Shown: positions 31,333 to 40,828 of the stretch, in pieces
How the letters are laid out: each line of letters starts with the position of its first letter
How positions within the stretch are numbered: the stretch's first letter is position 1
IMG/VR virus record: IMGVR_UViG_3300025727_000005
DNA: 64,000 bases
Reading direction: 5' to 3' (one strand)
Origin: an uncultured virus (IMG/VR IMGVR_UViG_3300025727_000005)
Taxonomy: Duplodnaviria > Heunggongvirae > Uroviricota > Caudoviricetes
The notes under the pieces: model-generated
What the model was told of the DNA's origin: nothing
What the model saw: only the letters and a program-made list of their open reading frames with translations
The model's database searches: none
Program-made: the position numbers and the translations under genes

Positions 31333-32934
31333 ATGGACAATAAGAAACTACTCGCTACGATTGAAAAGCTCAGAGAGATAAGAGTCAAAGAAGATCTTAC
31401 CCCACCTGCTTGTAAGATGCTTAATACACATATGCCTAATGGTGGGGAGATAAAGCTAAGACAGTATCAGATACAAGGTGTGCTTCACCTTTTGGCAATG
31501 CCTAGATTCGTTCTAGGTGATGATACAGGACTTGGGAAAACCCTACAAGTAATCGCAACACTCGCTTATTTATGGGAAAAACGACCCGATATACCAGCAA
31601 TCATCTGCACGACTAAGAGTGCTGTTGGTCAATGGGAATCCGAGTTCGATAAGTTCACTACAGGAGTAACGATCTTCAAATGCTTGGGGACTAAAAAGAA
31701 AAGAGCGAAAATCCATGCCGAGTTTAAAGAATTTGTGGGACCAAAAGCTATGGTCATGGGATATAGAACAGCAGTAAATGACTTTCAATACCTTCAAAGC
31801 ATGACGGGTCATGTAATGGTCTTCGATGAAGCGACTGCTTTTAAAAATGATCGTGCTCAAGTTCACCAAGTCTGTCTACACCTTGCAGGTTCAGCAGAGC
31901 GTGTATGGTCTTTATCTGCAACCATCATTAAGAATAGACTCATGGAAGCATGGGCTATTTATAAGGTGACTGTCCCCCATATCTTTGGGAATAAAACTAA
32001 CTTTATGCGTGAGTATTGTATCACTAGAGATCAAACAATACCTGGTTCTCGTAGGCGTATTAAGATTGTGGTTGGACACCGTAAGCGTGATATAGAAGCC
32101 TTTCGTGAACACATTGATCCTTACTTTTTAGGTAGACCAAAACATGAAGTCGCTAAAGAGTTACCCCCACTGACAACTAAAGTCATCCACTGTGATTTGA
32201 GTAAACCTCAAAAGAATAAGTATGCCGAAGCCCTACAAGGTCTACTTGAATACACAGACCCCGAAACTGGCGAGGTGATGGAGCGAGAAGTCACGAAACT
32301 CACAGCAGTTACAGTTTGTCAGCAAATTGTAAACCACCCTGCACTTATCGACTGCGATGGGGAATCAGGTAAACTAGAGACTCTACTTGATGTTTTAGAT
32401 AATGAACTTAACGGTGAAAAAGTGATTATCTTCTCTCGATTTAGGGGCATGATAGATATTCTTGAGGCAGAACTAGAAGCAAAGAAGATTAAAACCGTTC
32501 GTATCACTGGTACAGAGAATGGTAATCAGCGTATGGCTAGTCAAAAGGCATTTCAAGATGAGAAAGATGAGACTAAAGTTTGTCTCATTACAATGGCGGC
32601 GGCTGAAGGTATTAATCTCCAACTCGCTAAAGCGGTTGTCTTTTATGACACCCCTTGGAGTGCTGGTGATTACTTGCAGATCATTGGTCGTATGATTCGT
32701 ATTGGATCAATTCACGAGAAGGTATTCAGTTATCATATCTGTGCTCCTAAGACCATTGATGAGCGTGTAATGAAAACCCTAAAGGCTAAGATGGGTTTGA
32801 TTGAAGCTGTCTTAGGAAAGCGTCTTAAAGAGGATGGGGAAGAAGACTCAATTCTTGAAGTCGGTCAATCCGAGATTGCTGATCTCTTTGATGGTCTACT
32901 TGACGATGCGAGGGACATTATAAAAGTTAAGTAA
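31333..32934 (+). CDS. SNF2-family (SF2) helicase/ATPase
   Basis: LRQYQ, GDDTGLGKT, FDEA, LSATIIKN, SGKLE, KVIIFS, AEGINL, QIIGRMIRIG. Confidence 0.92.
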   Translation: MDNKKLLATIEKLREIRVKEDLTPPACKMLNTHMPNGGEIKLRQYQIQGVLHLLAMPRFVLGDDTGLGKTLQVIATLAYLWEKRPDIPAIICTTKSAVGQWESEFDKFTTGVTIFKCLGTKKKRAKIHAEFKEFVGPKAMVMGYRTAVNDFQYLQSMTGHVMVFDEATAFKNDRAQVHQVCLHLAGSAERVWSLSATIIKNRLMEAWAIYKVTVPHIFGNKTNFMREYCITRDQTIPGSRRRIKIVVGHRKRDIEAFREHIDPYFLGRPKHEVAKELPPLTTKVIHCDLSKPQKNKYAEALQGLLEYTDPETGEVMEREVTKLTAVTVCQQIVNHPALIDCDGESGKLETLLDVLDNELNGEKVIIFSRFRGMIDILEAELEAKKIKTVRITGTENGNQRMASQKAFQDEKDETKVCLITMAAAEGINLQLAKAVVFYDTPWSAGDYLQIIGRMIRIGSIHEKVFSYHICAPKTIDERVMKTLKAKMGLIEAVLGKRLKEDGEEDSILEVGQSEIADLFDGLLDDARDIIKVK

Positions 32935-32985
32935 TCTGTTCTTTATTGATCTCTTATTCATATAAGGTGTAGCAAAGGAGTCATT

Positions 32986-33684
32986 ATGGATAAATGTAAA
33001 AAATGTGGTGGTGTAGGCTACACACAAAAAGATAATGGACACATGGGTATGCCTCAAGCTATCCAATGCGATTGTGTTATTGATAAAGCCCTAGATGAAC
33101 AAGCAGAGAGGGCATGGACACATTTAAGCGTAGCTCCCATTCGCAAGCGTTCTATGCTTAACGGTAAGGTTTCTAAGAACCTTGTCATCACAGCCACTAC
33201 AGATCAGTTGAGATTACATCTTAGATCTGCGTTAGGAAATCTTAGGAATCCTAATGTGTTTGTCAAAGTCATTGGGGATCACACGCTCATGTCTTCTTGG
33301 CTAGGGTCTATGATGATTCAAGGGAAAGACATAGCAGACCCAGACTTTCAGAGAGACTTAAAAGTTTACTCTTTGGATGACCTTGCTGAAGCACCGTATC
33401 TCATGGTGATAAGGCTTGGTACAAAAGTAGCACGAAATGCGGCTATGTCTGAGGTCGTTGTTGAAACGATTGAGATTCGAGAACATTTGAAGAAACCTAC
33501 TTGGCTTATCATTGATCCCGACAAACCACTTGAGGAAGGGCATATTGCATGGAGTCAATTATTAGAGGACACGATTCACCCTTGGGATCGTATAAACCTT
33601 AATGAAAATACTTCCTCAAGTCGTACCCGAACTTCAAAGAAAAGCGTATCTAATATGGGGCAACATAAGCGAGTGAAACTATGA
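32986..33684 (+). CDS. zinc-finger helicase-loader-like protein (degenerate ATPase)
   Basis: CKKCGGVG...QCDC; directly upstream of DnaB-like gene; no intact Walker A. Confidence 0.5.
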   Translation: MDKCKKCGGVGYTQKDNGHMGMPQAIQCDCVIDKALDEQAERAWTHLSVAPIRKRSMLNGKVSKNLVITATTDQLRLHLRSALGNLRNPNVFVKVIGDHTLMSSWLGSMMIQGKDIADPDFQRDLKVYSLDDLAEAPYLMVIRLGTKVARNAAMSEVVVETIEIREHLKKPTWLIIDPDKPLEEGHIAWSQLLEDTIHPWDRINLNENTSSSRTRTSKKSVSNMGQHKRVKL

Positions 33685-35207
33685 GTGATATTTTAAGAAG
33701 CATACTCCCAGATGAGCCAAGAGGTGATGACCCTAAGCTCATGTTTCAAAACTACTGTTCTCTTAAGGAGTCTGTCTTACGCTTTGACTTACCCTCAGAA
33801 GTCAATGTGTTCGAGTATGTTGAGGACTTCACTCTCAAGCATGGTCATTTACCTTCGCAACAGGGAGTTAGAGAATACTTTGAAGAGAATCAATCCTTTG
33901 ATGAAGCAGATCGTATTCAACAGATCGCTAACCGACCAGTCTCTTATCGAGGTGACTTTGTATCCCTAATCGAAAGACGAGTTGAAGAAGGTCGGATGAC
34001 TAAGTTAGCTTCTGTTATGGCTGACGCTAAAGTCATCGCTCGTACAGGGCTTGAGGTTAAAGAAGGTCGGACAAAGAAGATCATTAAGGGTTCAAGGGAT
34101 GCGGGGAACTTCCTACTCAATGAGATTGCTAAGATAAACACCCCTACCTTTGGCTCTCGTATCGGGGGAGAAATCTTAGGTGATGGTGAAGACTTTTGGA
34201 ATGAGTATGAACGCACTTGTAATAAACAAACTGACATCCTCCCACAAACAGGGCTATCTATTATTGATAATGCTATCGGTGGGTTCAAGAGAAAAGAACT
34301 ATACATCATGGCGGCTTTTACAGGTCACCTTAAATCTACCTCAAGTTTAAATTGGGTTTACAATCAGTCTGTCTATGGAGGGACTGATACACTGTATTTC
34401 TCTCTTGAAATGCACTATACTCAATGTAGACGCATCATCTATGTCTATCATTCTATGCACCCTAAGTTCCGAGATAAGCGTATCGCTTTGGGTATACAGC
34501 AGGGTCAAACAGATGCAGGTATTGATCCAGACAAGATCAAAAAGGGAACACTTACAGAAGATGAGCGTTCTTACATGAGAGATGTCATTGAAGATCTCGA
34601 CAACGGTATGAAACAAGGAAATTATGGGTCAATCCACATTGAGGTTGCCGATCCCGATGTTCTTGACTTCACAGTTGAAAACATCCGTACTAGAGCCGAG
34701 CTACTTTATCAAAAGGCCCCTTTCAAGATGATGGTGGTAGACCATGCTTTATTGGTCTCCCCTCGTAAGTGGGTAGCGTCCACTACGGATCGGTTAAATG
34801 AGGTCATCAGAGATCTTAAAAAGACATCTCTTGGATTTAATCGTGGTGAAGGTATTCCTGTCTTATGTCTGTTTCAGATCAGTCGTGAGGGTTATAAGTC
34901 AGCCGAGAAAAACGGTGGGTCTTACAACCTCACTCACTTGAGTTATGCAAATGAAGCAGAGCGTTCTGCTGATCTTGTGATCTCAAGTTGGTATGGTGAT
35001 GATAAGCGTGAGAACAGTTTGGTTAAATACCAATGCCTCAAGTCTCGTGACCAAGCCCCCTTTGAAGAGTTTGACGCACAAATCGCTTGGCCTTATGGTC
35101 GTATCCTCGATATGCCTTTACAGTTCCAAACGAACACCTCTTATAAGAGCAAAGGTAAAAAGACTGAAGTGTTTGACGATCCTTTAGACGCTCTCATGGA
35201 TCTGTAA
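33681..35207 (+). CDS. dnaB: DnaB-like replicative helicase
   Basis: TGLSIIDNAIGG, AAFTGHLKST (Walker A variant), FSLEM, MVVDH, FQISR, ERSADLV, KSR. Confidence 0.85.
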   Translation: MSDILRSILPDEPRGDDPKLMFQNYCSLKESVLRFDLPSEVNVFEYVEDFTLKHGHLPSQQGVREYFEENQSFDEADRIQQIANRPVSYRGDFVSLIERRVEEGRMTKLASVMADAKVIARTGLEVKEGRTKKIIKGSRDAGNFLLNEIAKINTPTFGSRIGGEILGDGEDFWNEYERTCNKQTDILPQTGLSIIDNAIGGFKRKELYIMAAFTGHLKSTSSLNWVYNQSVYGGTDTLYFSLEMHYTQCRRIIYVYHSMHPKFRDKRIALGIQQGQTDAGIDPDKIKKGTLTEDERSYMRDVIEDLDNGMKQGNYGSIHIEVADPDVLDFTVENIRTRAELLYQKAPFKMMVVDHALLVSPRKWVASTTDRLNEVIRDLKKTSLGFNRGEGIPVLCLFQISREGYKSAEKNGGSYNLTHLSYANEAERSADLVISSWYGDDKRENSLVKYQCLKSRDQAPFEEFDAQIAWPYGRILDMPLQFQTNTSYKSKGKKTEVFDDPLDALMDL

Positions 35208-36427
35208 TGTTCTTTGAAATCGACAAACCTAAACTCCCACCCCTCAAGGAGCTGAACCTATTAGATAAGAACAACGAGTTCTCGATTCCGTCCGACCTGT
35301 GGGCTTCTATCTTAGACCAATACACGAAGCAAGAAATCATCGAGCATTTTTCGGATCTTATTGAGAACACTCCTGTGCCTTTCCCCTATAGAGTCTACGG
35401 TCTTGGAAATGTCCGTAAGGACTACCTAGAGCTTTGCTCTGATACAGTGAAATGGGAAGAAGAAAGATGGGAGGCACTAAGGACACCTAAAGACCTTCCT
35501 ATGCTCTATAAGGACAGGCCGATACACCTCGATTACATAAGTAAAAAAGGACTGTCTGTGTCGGATATGTTCACACAAGAAATACGAATGGAGTGTGGAC
35601 ATAAGTCAAGCCCATCGCCCACTCGACAATGGGATCGGGTTGGATATAAATCAAAAGTTAGACCCATCTTAAAAGTCTTGATGGGATTGAACTTAAGTAG
35701 AACACTGAGGAGTGGTGTGTATAAGACTGCCATGTTTGATTGCCTCCGACTTGGTAGGTACATGGCGAGTCAGTTTAAGCCCTCTTGTGCTAAAGCTATC
35801 TACGATTTCTTTGGTGCAAAGAAAGTGTTAGACTTCAGTGCTGGTTGGGGTGATAGGCTGGTTGGCTTTCATGCCTCTGATGCCGAGTCTTACATCGGCA
35901 TAGATCCAAATACTAGACTCCACATTCAGTATAAAAAGATCTCCTCATTCTGTAACACCGATAAGGAGGTTAGGTTCATCTGCTCTCCTGCTGAAGATGC
36001 AGACTTATCTGATGTTAAAGTAGACTTCATTTTTACAAGCCCTCCTTATTTTGATACCGAGAGATATAGCCAAGAAGGAACTCAGTCGTGGAAGAGATAC
36101 CCGACAATGAATGGATGGTTGAGTGGATTTCTTTACCCTACCCTCAATAAGAGTTGGGAAGCGTTAGAGGAAGGGGGTCGGATAGCAATCAATATAACTG
36201 ATGTTCTTGATGGGAGTCATTACTTAGAAATCATCAAACCGATGATTGAGTACATGGAGGGCTTAGGTGCTACTTATGAAGGAGTAGTCGGATATAGGAC
36301 GAAAAAGAGACCAGGCGAAAATCAAGGGATTGTTGGAGGGAGCGTGTTCTGCGAACCTATCTTCATTTGGTCTAAGGGGGAAGCTCTCGAACCTAAGTGG
36401 CATCAAGATAACTACTTCGGAGTTTGA
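35207..36427 (+). CDS. DNA amino-methyltransferase (m4C/m6A type), paralogue 1
   Basis: VLDFSAGWGDRL (SAM binding) and FTSPPYF (catalytic). Confidence 0.88.
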   Translation: MFFEIDKPKLPPLKELNLLDKNNEFSIPSDLWASILDQYTKQEIIEHFSDLIENTPVPFPYRVYGLGNVRKDYLELCSDTVKWEEERWEALRTPKDLPMLYKDRPIHLDYISKKGLSVSDMFTQEIRMECGHKSSPSPTRQWDRVGYKSKVRPILKVLMGLNLSRTLRSGVYKTAMFDCLRLGRYMASQFKPSCAKAIYDFFGAKKVLDFSAGWGDRLVGFHASDAESYIGIDPNTRLHIQYKKISSFCNTDKEVRFICSPAEDADLSDVKVDFIFTSPPYFDTERYSQEGTQSWKRYPTMNGWLSGFLYPTLNKSWEALEEGGRIAINITDVLDGSHYLEIIKPMIEYMEGLGATYEGVVGYRTKKRPGENQGIVGGSVFCEPIFIWSKGEALEPKWHQDNYFGV

Positions 36428-36524
36428 CTATGAGACTCATTTATACTGTAGCCTTTATAAGTACAATACCTGTAAAGAACGCAGGGAAAGCCTGCCTCAA
36501 TGCAGTCAATCTTTAGGAGAATGA

Positions 36525-37730
36525 ATGTTTTTTGATTATGAAAAAAAAGCCAAAGATAAGATAGACGAATATGAGGTTGTAAGAGGACAAGAGATCTTCA
36601 TACAACCTCATCAGTGGTCAGAGATGCTTGATAAGTTTACTCGTGATGAGATCATCACTTACTTATCAACTAAGATCGAAGGGATACCATTCCCATATAC
36701 TAAATATACTCCTCAAGAGGTGCATCGTGATTGGTTAGATGTTCAGTCCGACTATATGACACCAGTGGCAGGAGAGTGGGGATTACCTCGATGTCAGTTA
36801 GAGGATGCTCATACTTACAAAGGTAGGTATCTTTACTTCGCACCTAATAACAAAGGACTCAAAGTCTCTAATCAGTTCACCGAGTTCGCAAGAGTATTAG
36901 TAGACCATCGAGAATATAAAAGTGCCATGACTCAATGGACTCGAATAGGTATGAAGGGCGATAAGAGATACTTCCTTAGACCCTTTTTCACCCTATACGA
37001 CAGGTCTAAAGGGGTTAATAGGAAAATGCTCTTTAACGCTATAAATATGTCTTATTACATACCTGCTCAGTTCAAACCAACACTCTCCAAAGCCATGTAT
37101 AACTTCTTCGGGGCAAAGAAGGTCTTAGATTTCTCTATGGGATGGGGTGATAGGCTAGTTGGTTTCCTCGCTTCTGACGCTCTGTCGTATGTTGGTATTG
37201 ACCCTAATACAAAACTCCATGAGCCTTATGGACAAATAGATTCGTACTGTAATGCAAACAAAGAAACTAAGTTCATTTGTTCTCCAGCTGAGGATGCTGA
37301 CCTAACTGATGTTAAAGTAGACTTTATCTTCACAAGCCCTCCTTACTTTGATACCGAGAAGTATAGCCAAGAAGATACTCAGAGTTGGAAGAGATACCCC
37401 AAAACAGATGACTGGCTCAATGGATTTCTTTACCCGACACTCAAGAAATGTTGGGAGGTATTAGAAGACGGAGGACGGATCTGCGTCAATATCTCAGACA
37501 AGGTTTATGGTGATATACGAGTATGCCAACCCATGATTGAATACATGGAGTCATTAGGTGCTACTTACGAGGGAGTGATTGGTTATAGGATGTCCAAGAG
37601 ACCAGGAAATCACCATTCATTGAACGAGGATCTGTCTAAGGTAAGTGTTTTTTGCGAACCTATTTTCATTTGGAGTAAGGGAGAAGCCCCCGAACCTAAA
37701 TGGAATCAAGATAACTTCTTTGGGGTATAA
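36525..37730 (+). CDS. DNA amino-methyltransferase, paralogue 2
   Basis: VLDFSMGWGDRL, FTSPPYF. Confidence 0.88.
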   Translation: MFFDYEKKAKDKIDEYEVVRGQEIFIQPHQWSEMLDKFTRDEIITYLSTKIEGIPFPYTKYTPQEVHRDWLDVQSDYMTPVAGEWGLPRCQLEDAHTYKGRYLYFAPNNKGLKVSNQFTEFARVLVDHREYKSAMTQWTRIGMKGDKRYFLRPFFTLYDRSKGVNRKMLFNAINMSYYIPAQFKPTLSKAMYNFFGAKKVLDFSMGWGDRLVGFLASDALSYVGIDPNTKLHEPYGQIDSYCNANKETKFICSPAEDADLTDVKVDFIFTSPPYFDTEKYSQEDTQSWKRYPKTDDWLNGFLYPTLKKCWEVLEDGGRICVNISDKVYGDIRVCQPMIEYMESLGATYEGVIGYRMSKRPGNHHSLNEDLSKVSVFCEPIFIWSKGEAPEPKWNQDNFFGV

Positions 37731-37759
37731 TCCTATAAGGGTCTTGAAAGGATTTAAGT

Positions 37760-38992
37760 ATGTTCTTTGATTATGAAAAAACCAAAAAAGAGAACCTTGA
37801 AGAGTATGAGGTTTTGAGAGGGAATGAGATCTTTATCCCACCCCATCAGTGGCTAGAGATGGTAGATAGTTTTAGTAGAGATGAGATCACTGATTATCTG
37901 TCTGCAAAGATTGAAGATTTACCTTACCCCTTCACTAAGTACACACCACAAGAGATCAAGAAAGATTGGTTAGAGGTTCAGTCCGATTACATGATCCCGA
38001 TTGAGGGTGCTTGGGGATTGCCACGATGTCAGTTAGACGAAGACCATACTTACAAAGGTAGGTATATTTACTTCGCACCTAATAACAAAGGACTCAAAGT
38101 CTCTAATCAATATAGTGAACCTATGCGTTTAGAGGTAGACCATAAGCAGTTCCCAAGTGCAATGAGACAATGGACACGAACTAACCTCAAGTCCAAAAAG
38201 AGAGCGTTCCTTAGACCTTTATGGACATTGTATGATCCGTCAAAAGGTGTGAACAGCAAGATACTTGTAAACGCTATCGGTATGTCTGGTTATATCCCAG
38301 CACAGTTCAAACCTACTTTAGCTAAGGCGATGTATAACTTCTTCGGGGCTAAAAGAGTATTGGATTTCTCTATGGGATGGGGCGATAGATTAGTTGGATT
38401 CCTATCTTCTGATGCCGAGTCCTATGTAGGATTAGACCCTAATACAAAACTCCATGAGCCTTATCAGAAGATCGCTGATTATTGTTCTACGAGTAAGACC
38501 ACTAGGTTCATCTGCTCTCCTGCCGAAGATGCAGACCTGTCTGATGTTAAAGTAGACTTCGTTTTCACGAGTCCACCTTATTTCGACACCGAGAAATATA
38601 GTCAGGAGGAGACTCAATCATGGAAGCGTTATCCAGAGACTGATGATTGGCTGAATGGGTTTCTTTACCCAACCCTCAAGAAATGTTGGGATTGCTTAGA
38701 AGAGGGAGGGAGGATATGCGTAAACATCTCTGATAAAGTCAGAGGAAACATACGAGTGTGTCAGCCCATGATTGAGTATATGGAGTCATTAGGTGCTACT
38801 TATGAAGGCGTGATTGGTTATCGGATGGCAAAGAGGCCAGGAAACCACCACTCTTTAAATGATGAGTTGTCCAAGATGGATGTTTTCTGTGAGCCGATTT
38901 TCATTTGGAGTAAGGGAGAAGCCCCCGAACCTAAATGGAATCAAGATACTTACTTTGGGGTGTGTGAGGTCGGTCATGTGGGGAAACCTTGA
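37760..38992 (+). CDS. DNA amino-methyltransferase, paralogue 3
   Basis: VLDFSMGWGDRL, FTSPPYF; closely similar to paralogue 2. Confidence 0.88.
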   Translation: MFFDYEKTKKENLEEYEVLRGNEIFIPPHQWLEMVDSFSRDEITDYLSAKIEDLPYPFTKYTPQEIKKDWLEVQSDYMIPIEGAWGLPRCQLDEDHTYKGRYIYFAPNNKGLKVSNQYSEPMRLEVDHKQFPSAMRQWTRTNLKSKKRAFLRPLWTLYDPSKGVNSKILVNAIGMSGYIPAQFKPTLAKAMYNFFGAKRVLDFSMGWGDRLVGFLSSDAESYVGLDPNTKLHEPYQKIADYCSTSKTTRFICSPAEDADLSDVKVDFVFTSPPYFDTEKYSQEETQSWKRYPETDDWLNGFLYPTLKKCWDCLEEGGRICVNISDKVRGNIRVCQPMIEYMESLGATYEGVIGYRMAKRPGNHHSLNDELSKMDVFCEPIFIWSKGEAPEPKWNQDTYFGVCEVGHVGKP

Positions 38993-39902
38993 TGTATCTA
39001 ACTTAGATGTATTGACTCCATACATCGAGTCTGCTTTAGAGAGAAATCTCCTGTATTACAATCTCAACCCTTTTGAATTCCTAGCCTTTAAAACAAAAGG
39101 CAACTTGTTCAAGATTGAAAACAATACCTTACATTTTGGTTGGCATGGTGTAATCGGAGCGAGGTTCTTAAAGCTCTACTTCCCCCCTATTCACTTATAC
39201 GGTGATGAAGAGATTGAAAGGGAATCTGTTTTAAAAGCTACAAATGAGGGATGCTCTTTGTGGATCGAAAAGGAGCACTCGAAGGCTTTAGGTGTCAAAG
39301 CCAAAACTATCTCGGAGTATCGAGGAGCTTATCAGCCCATATACCATAGAGACTATCAACTAGCGGGTAAGAAATATAAAAATATGAGGAGAGATAGAAA
39401 TATCCTCCATTCTCTCATTGAGAGTGGTGAGTTAGAGTTTGTATTTGACTACCCCTTAAAAGGTCTTACAGGACTCAATAATGCTTGGCTAAGTCAGACT
39501 GGTCGTAAAAGGTCTGTGTTTGACTTTTGTCTTCAGAACGAAAAGCACCTCACACACAGGATCAAAAACCTAACCCTACTTAACAGAGATGGTGAGCCTA
39601 TCACATCCTCTCTGTACGCTATATATTCACCAGATAAATGGCATTGTATAGGTGCGATCTCGGACTATGGGAAGATACCTATTGGTGGGTTGCAAAGACA
39701 GTCTGATCTGTATCTGTTTGAGTTGGAGGAAAAAGTCAACTTAGTGATGGTTGGTGGGTATAGCTATAAAGAGCTGAAGTTCTCTAAATTGGCATTACCA
39801 CACAGTGTTTATAGGTTAGGCACACTACCTTCCAATATAACTGTGACCAAAGATATATGGGAGTCCTTTAGACCGAAGCCTCAGACCTATTTTGGAGTGT
39901 GA
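38976..39902 (+). CDS. DUF2156/MprF-C-terminal-like (GNAT-fold, aa-tRNA-type) transferase 1
   Basis: start MWGNL (GAGGT RBS); PIY..YQLAGKKYKNMRRDRN and GG...ELKFSKLALP resemble DUF2156 motifs. Confidence 0.5.
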   Translation: MWGNLDVSNLDVLTPYIESALERNLLYYNLNPFEFLAFKTKGNLFKIENNTLHFGWHGVIGARFLKLYFPPIHLYGDEEIERESVLKATNEGCSLWIEKEHSKALGVKAKTISEYRGAYQPIYHRDYQLAGKKYKNMRRDRNILHSLIESGELEFVFDYPLKGLTGLNNAWLSQTGRKRSVFDFCLQNEKHLTHRIKNLTLLNRDGEPITSSLYAIYSPDKWHCIGAISDYGKIPIGGLQRQSDLYLFELEEKVNLVMVGGYSYKELKFSKLALPHSVYRLGTLPSNITVTKDIWESFRPKPQTYFGV

Positions 39903-39903
39903 A

Positions 39904-40827
39904 ATGTGGAACTACCTAACCCCCAAAGACTTTGAGACATTGATACCTTACTTAAAGAGTGCAATACAACGAGGGTGGAAGTATTACGATCTCTGTGTGA
40001 TAGATCGTATGTGGTGTTATAATAATCAAATCCTCTTCAAGATAGAGAACGACATATTATATGTGTCTAGGTTGCACCGCTTCATTAATAACTTAATCCA
40101 TAAGATGCAGTTCCCTCCAATCCACTTGTACGGTGATGAGGAACTTGAAAAGAAAGCCTTGCTAGGAGCTTTGGAAATAGGTGTGTCCGTAAACGCCACA
40201 AAGCAAGTCGCAAAAGACCTCGGATTAAAATACACCTTAATGAGTCAATGGGATGGTGGGTGTGAAGTGGTCTATACAAAAGACCATCTCAAAATGGACG
40301 GTAAAAAATATGCAAAGCGAAGAGGTGAGTTAAACAAAATCAAAAGGTTGATTTCTAGCGGTCAACTCATGGTCAAACTCGATAGTGATTTAGATTCTTT
40401 GTACGGTCTGTTTCAAACATGGAAAAGGCAACAAGGGTACAAAACAGGGATGTATGAATACCTCCTTAAAAACAAAGAATACTTACCCTACTTAAAAGTC
40501 TTTAGTGTGCGTAACTCTGATAAGGTAGTGTTTGCATCTGTGTTCCTAAACATCGACAAATCGACTTGGATTTCCCCTTGCTCAATGACGGATTATGAAA
40601 ATACAGTTAGTGGGTTTCAAAGACTCTCTAAGATCCTCCTGTTAGATATGCAGGAAGATTTAGAAACGATCATCGAAGGTGGGTGGGTCACAGAAGAAAT
40701 CAAAAGAGGAAAGACATTGATCCCTCACGAGATATGGAGGATCGCTAAAATCATAAGCCCCAAAAAGCTCTCGAAGATTGAGTGGGAGAGTTTTAAGCCA
40801 AAACCGAATACCTACTTTGGAGTTTAA
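39904..40827 (+). CDS. DUF2156/MprF-C-terminal-like transferase 2
   Basis: start MWNYL; paralogue of previous (FPPIHLYGDEE shared); VVY...LKMDGKKYAKRRGELN. Confidence 0.5.
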   Translation: MWNYLTPKDFETLIPYLKSAIQRGWKYYDLCVIDRMWCYNNQILFKIENDILYVSRLHRFINNLIHKMQFPPIHLYGDEELEKKALLGALEIGVSVNATKQVAKDLGLKYTLMSQWDGGCEVVYTKDHLKMDGKKYAKRRGELNKIKRLISSGQLMVKLDSDLDSLYGLFQTWKRQQGYKTGMYEYLLKNKEYLPYLKVFSVRNSDKVVFASVFLNIDKSTWISPCSMTDYENTVSGFQRLSKILLLDMQEDLETIIEGGWVTEEIKRGKTLIPHEIWRIAKIISPKKLSKIEWESFKPKPNTYFGV

Positions 40828-40828
40828 T

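Noticed and set aside
36428..36524. Small ORF or ncRNA between MTases 1 and 2 (GCAGG-GAAAG-CCTGC hairpin at 36481-36495)
   Set aside because: A 5-bp stem and a 28-codon ORF without supporting features are too weak; more likely promoter/UTR.
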